DNA from: Candidatus Aceula meridiana
GTDB lineage: Bacteria > Omnitrophota > Gorgyraeia > Zapsychrales > Aceulaceae
Direction of reading: 5' to 3'
DNA: 60,247 bases
Assembly: GCA_030765185.1 (NCBI GenBank)
Contig: JAVCDE010000011.1
Span: forward strand, 1-60,247
Part shown: in pieces, positions 54,501 through 57,500 of the stretch
Position numbering within the stretch: position 1 is the first letter of the stretch
How the letters are laid out: the number at the start of each line of letters is the position of its first letter
Made by a program: the position numbers and the translations under genes
Notes under the pieces: generated by a model
What the model was told of the DNA's origin: nothing
Seen by the model: only the letters and a program-made list of their open reading frames with translations
The model's database searches: none

Positions 54501-57500
54501 GAAGAAGCAAGAGCTGATTGGGAAGAATCGAAAAAGGCTTTCCAGGACATAACCAACATAGAAGTCAATCCGTTTATGCTGGAGACGGTCAGCCTAGTTG
54601 ACCTAAAACAGGAAATTCTAGATACAAAAATTAATAGAAAGAATATCGATGGGCACACAGAAGGCGTAACTGCTTTAGAAAATAATTTAGCTAAGAATTT
54701 CATAGGCAGACTATTGAGCAACGTCAATGTACAGTTTGGATTCAGTCTCGCAGAAGGCAGAAGTGGATTATTTAGTCTAGGGGTAGACCTCAAGGTTCTA
54801 GACAGTGAAAGAAAGCTTAGCGAACAAAAAGATCAAGTAACCTTTAGCGTCATAGGAGAGAGAAAAGAAGACCTGATAGAAAAGACATTAGCCAATGATG
54901 CTCACTACAGCAACTTAGTCGACCAAGCAATGAACTTTAACGAAGACATTGCTCTCGTTAGAGAATATCAAGCGCCGGTTGAGGCATTCATAGAAAAGCT
55001 AGATCCTATCTTGCCAATCAAAGAAGCTTCCATTCTCGAGGCCAAAGAACTTAAAGATTCTATAAAACTTCAGAAGGCTAATTTGCCAAGCCTGCTTTTA
55101 AGCAATCTCACACCTGATCGTCAAGCTATCACAAAAATGCGCGCCGGATTAAATCTAGGTATTAAAAAATCTGCAATAGCGCAAGCAGAGCTAGAAGACG
55201 GATCAGGAGAAATTGTTAAAAACAGGACGGAAATTGATGAGGAAAAAGTTAAGGAATTTAGAGATACATGGCAACAATGGTTCAAGGACATAGACAAGGT
55301 CAATAACAAAAACAAGAAGACACCTACAGAGAAGGCCAATGAAATAAATGATATTTTAGCTGAAGCTAAATTATTTGAGGATTATTTCAAGCTTGAGAAA
55401 ACACAAAACAGAACTCTAGACAGTGAATTCAAAATAAAGCTAGAAGCATTAGAAACATATACTATCCTATCTGACAAGGAAAGAGATGGCTGGTTTAAGC
55501 GCTATATGGCTTCTCTATTAAAGGGAGAGCACGTGAACGCTCCTCCGCAGACAGCCGCAGAAGCTGCAACACTTCCTTTAACCCTCGAGCAAGCCACAGA
55601 TTACTTCAAGACATTCCAAGGATACCAAGACACAGAAGAATTAATAAAAATCGTTCACGACAGATTGCCATACACCGCAGACGTAACCCTACAAACAATC
55701 ATTGACGAAGCTATTAGAGAAGAAAAAGACGCATTCGATTTAAATAATATATTTACTGAGATAAGCAATATGGAGCTTAGGTTAGCCCAAAAGAGAGGCG
55801 TAAGCATCAAAACAGGATACTTTATTGCCATGGCTACCTTAAGGGTTCAGATTCAGTCGCTCTCTAAAGGCGAGATAGCAGGCACAGAATACAAATTAGC
55901 TTATGAAGGCCTTATGAATATTATCGATGCTCAGCTCATCGCTTTCAAGGCTACAGACGCTTACGAAAATTACCTCCACACCTTGTTAGAGTACCAAAAC
56001 TGGACAGGAAAAGGCGGCGATGAGTTTAAAGCAGCGCAGCTTAAGAGAGACCTAGAGATAAGCAAATTGTATCTACCGGCATCAATGCAAGATAGCCAAG
56101 AATTAAAAGATTTAGAGGCGCAGGATATTACATATAAGAAGCTTACTGACCTCATCGAGCAGGATAATAAATTAATCGACTTCAGCGTATTAGGTGATGA
56201 GTTAAATCAAAGAATCATATTTGCCAATATTTGGAAACTTAGAGAAAATAAGAGTGACTGGGTAATACAGGGTGCATCCGAGGTTTATACGGCAGCCGTA
56301 ATGTTTGCTTTACCGTTTGTGACTAAGTTTATCAATTGGGTAGCCGGTCCGGATAAAAAAGAGATTGCTAACCAGATAACAATTCTTTCCGGAGAATTAA
56401 ACAGGATAGAAACAAATAATGCAAAAGGAATTCAGTCAGAGCAACAACTCCTCGAGTCTTATGAAAGTCAAACGATGAGCATAGATTACTTTGAGAGAGA
56501 AATGATCGAGGCAGAAGATAATAGTAGAAAAGAATCTGAGGTAGAGTCGAGCCTAAATCAGGCTGCCTATAACTTAGCGACTTTAGAAGCTAAAGCAGCT
56601 TATGGAGATTTTGAGCTTCCTGTCACTCAGACCATGGATGAGGATGAGTTCCAATATATCGATGATCAGACAACCTCTATTGACTCTGAAATTATAAATG
56701 GGGCTTCTATATTAAGCGCGGTAAGGTTTACATATGGGGATGGAGCTACAGGGGAACAAGTAACCGTCTTAACGGATGAGGGCAGCCTTGTTGAGGTCAG
56801 AACGATGCATACTTCTGACGGAATTACCATGCGCTATATTAATTCTGAGAATTTAAGAGATAGGTCAGATAGGATGCAGATAGACGGCAGCGTTAGACCA
56901 GGCCTTGATAGATCTATCGATGCTATCCAGGCGGTAGATAAGATGGAAATACCTTTAGAGCTCTTTGGTCAAGATGAGATAGATGTAGATTACGCCTTGA
57001 AGATGACAAAGGTCGAAAATGAAGCTCAGTATTTTGGCAATATCGGCGTAGCCTACCGTTTGACTTTCAAGAACGGGGACAGATTAGAGTTGCCGGTCTT
57101 CGTGCTTGTCGACCAGGATGAAAAGATTAGTTATTTTGTCGACTTCGACTATTACAGCAAAGATTTCAGCTTAAACACAGGCCTCTATATTCATCCAGAA
57201 GTAAACGATGCTGGCGAAGATATTTATAAGGTAACTGGCCTCGTTGGCGGCCGCAAGATATTTAGGGATCAGGCAGGCGCATATAATGGAGATGTCAGAG
57301 TCTTCTACCAAGATACCAAAGCAGGAGTATATTCTAAGTTTATGTTTGGAGCAGATAATGGCTGGCGTATGAATATAGCTATGGATACGGACTGGAAAGA
57401 GAATCAACATTACAGCAGTCAAGTAGGCGTTGAGAGAAGGGTGAATAATAAATATTTTGTAGGAGTAGGGCTAGATATTGCTTACAGAGAAGAAGGATTC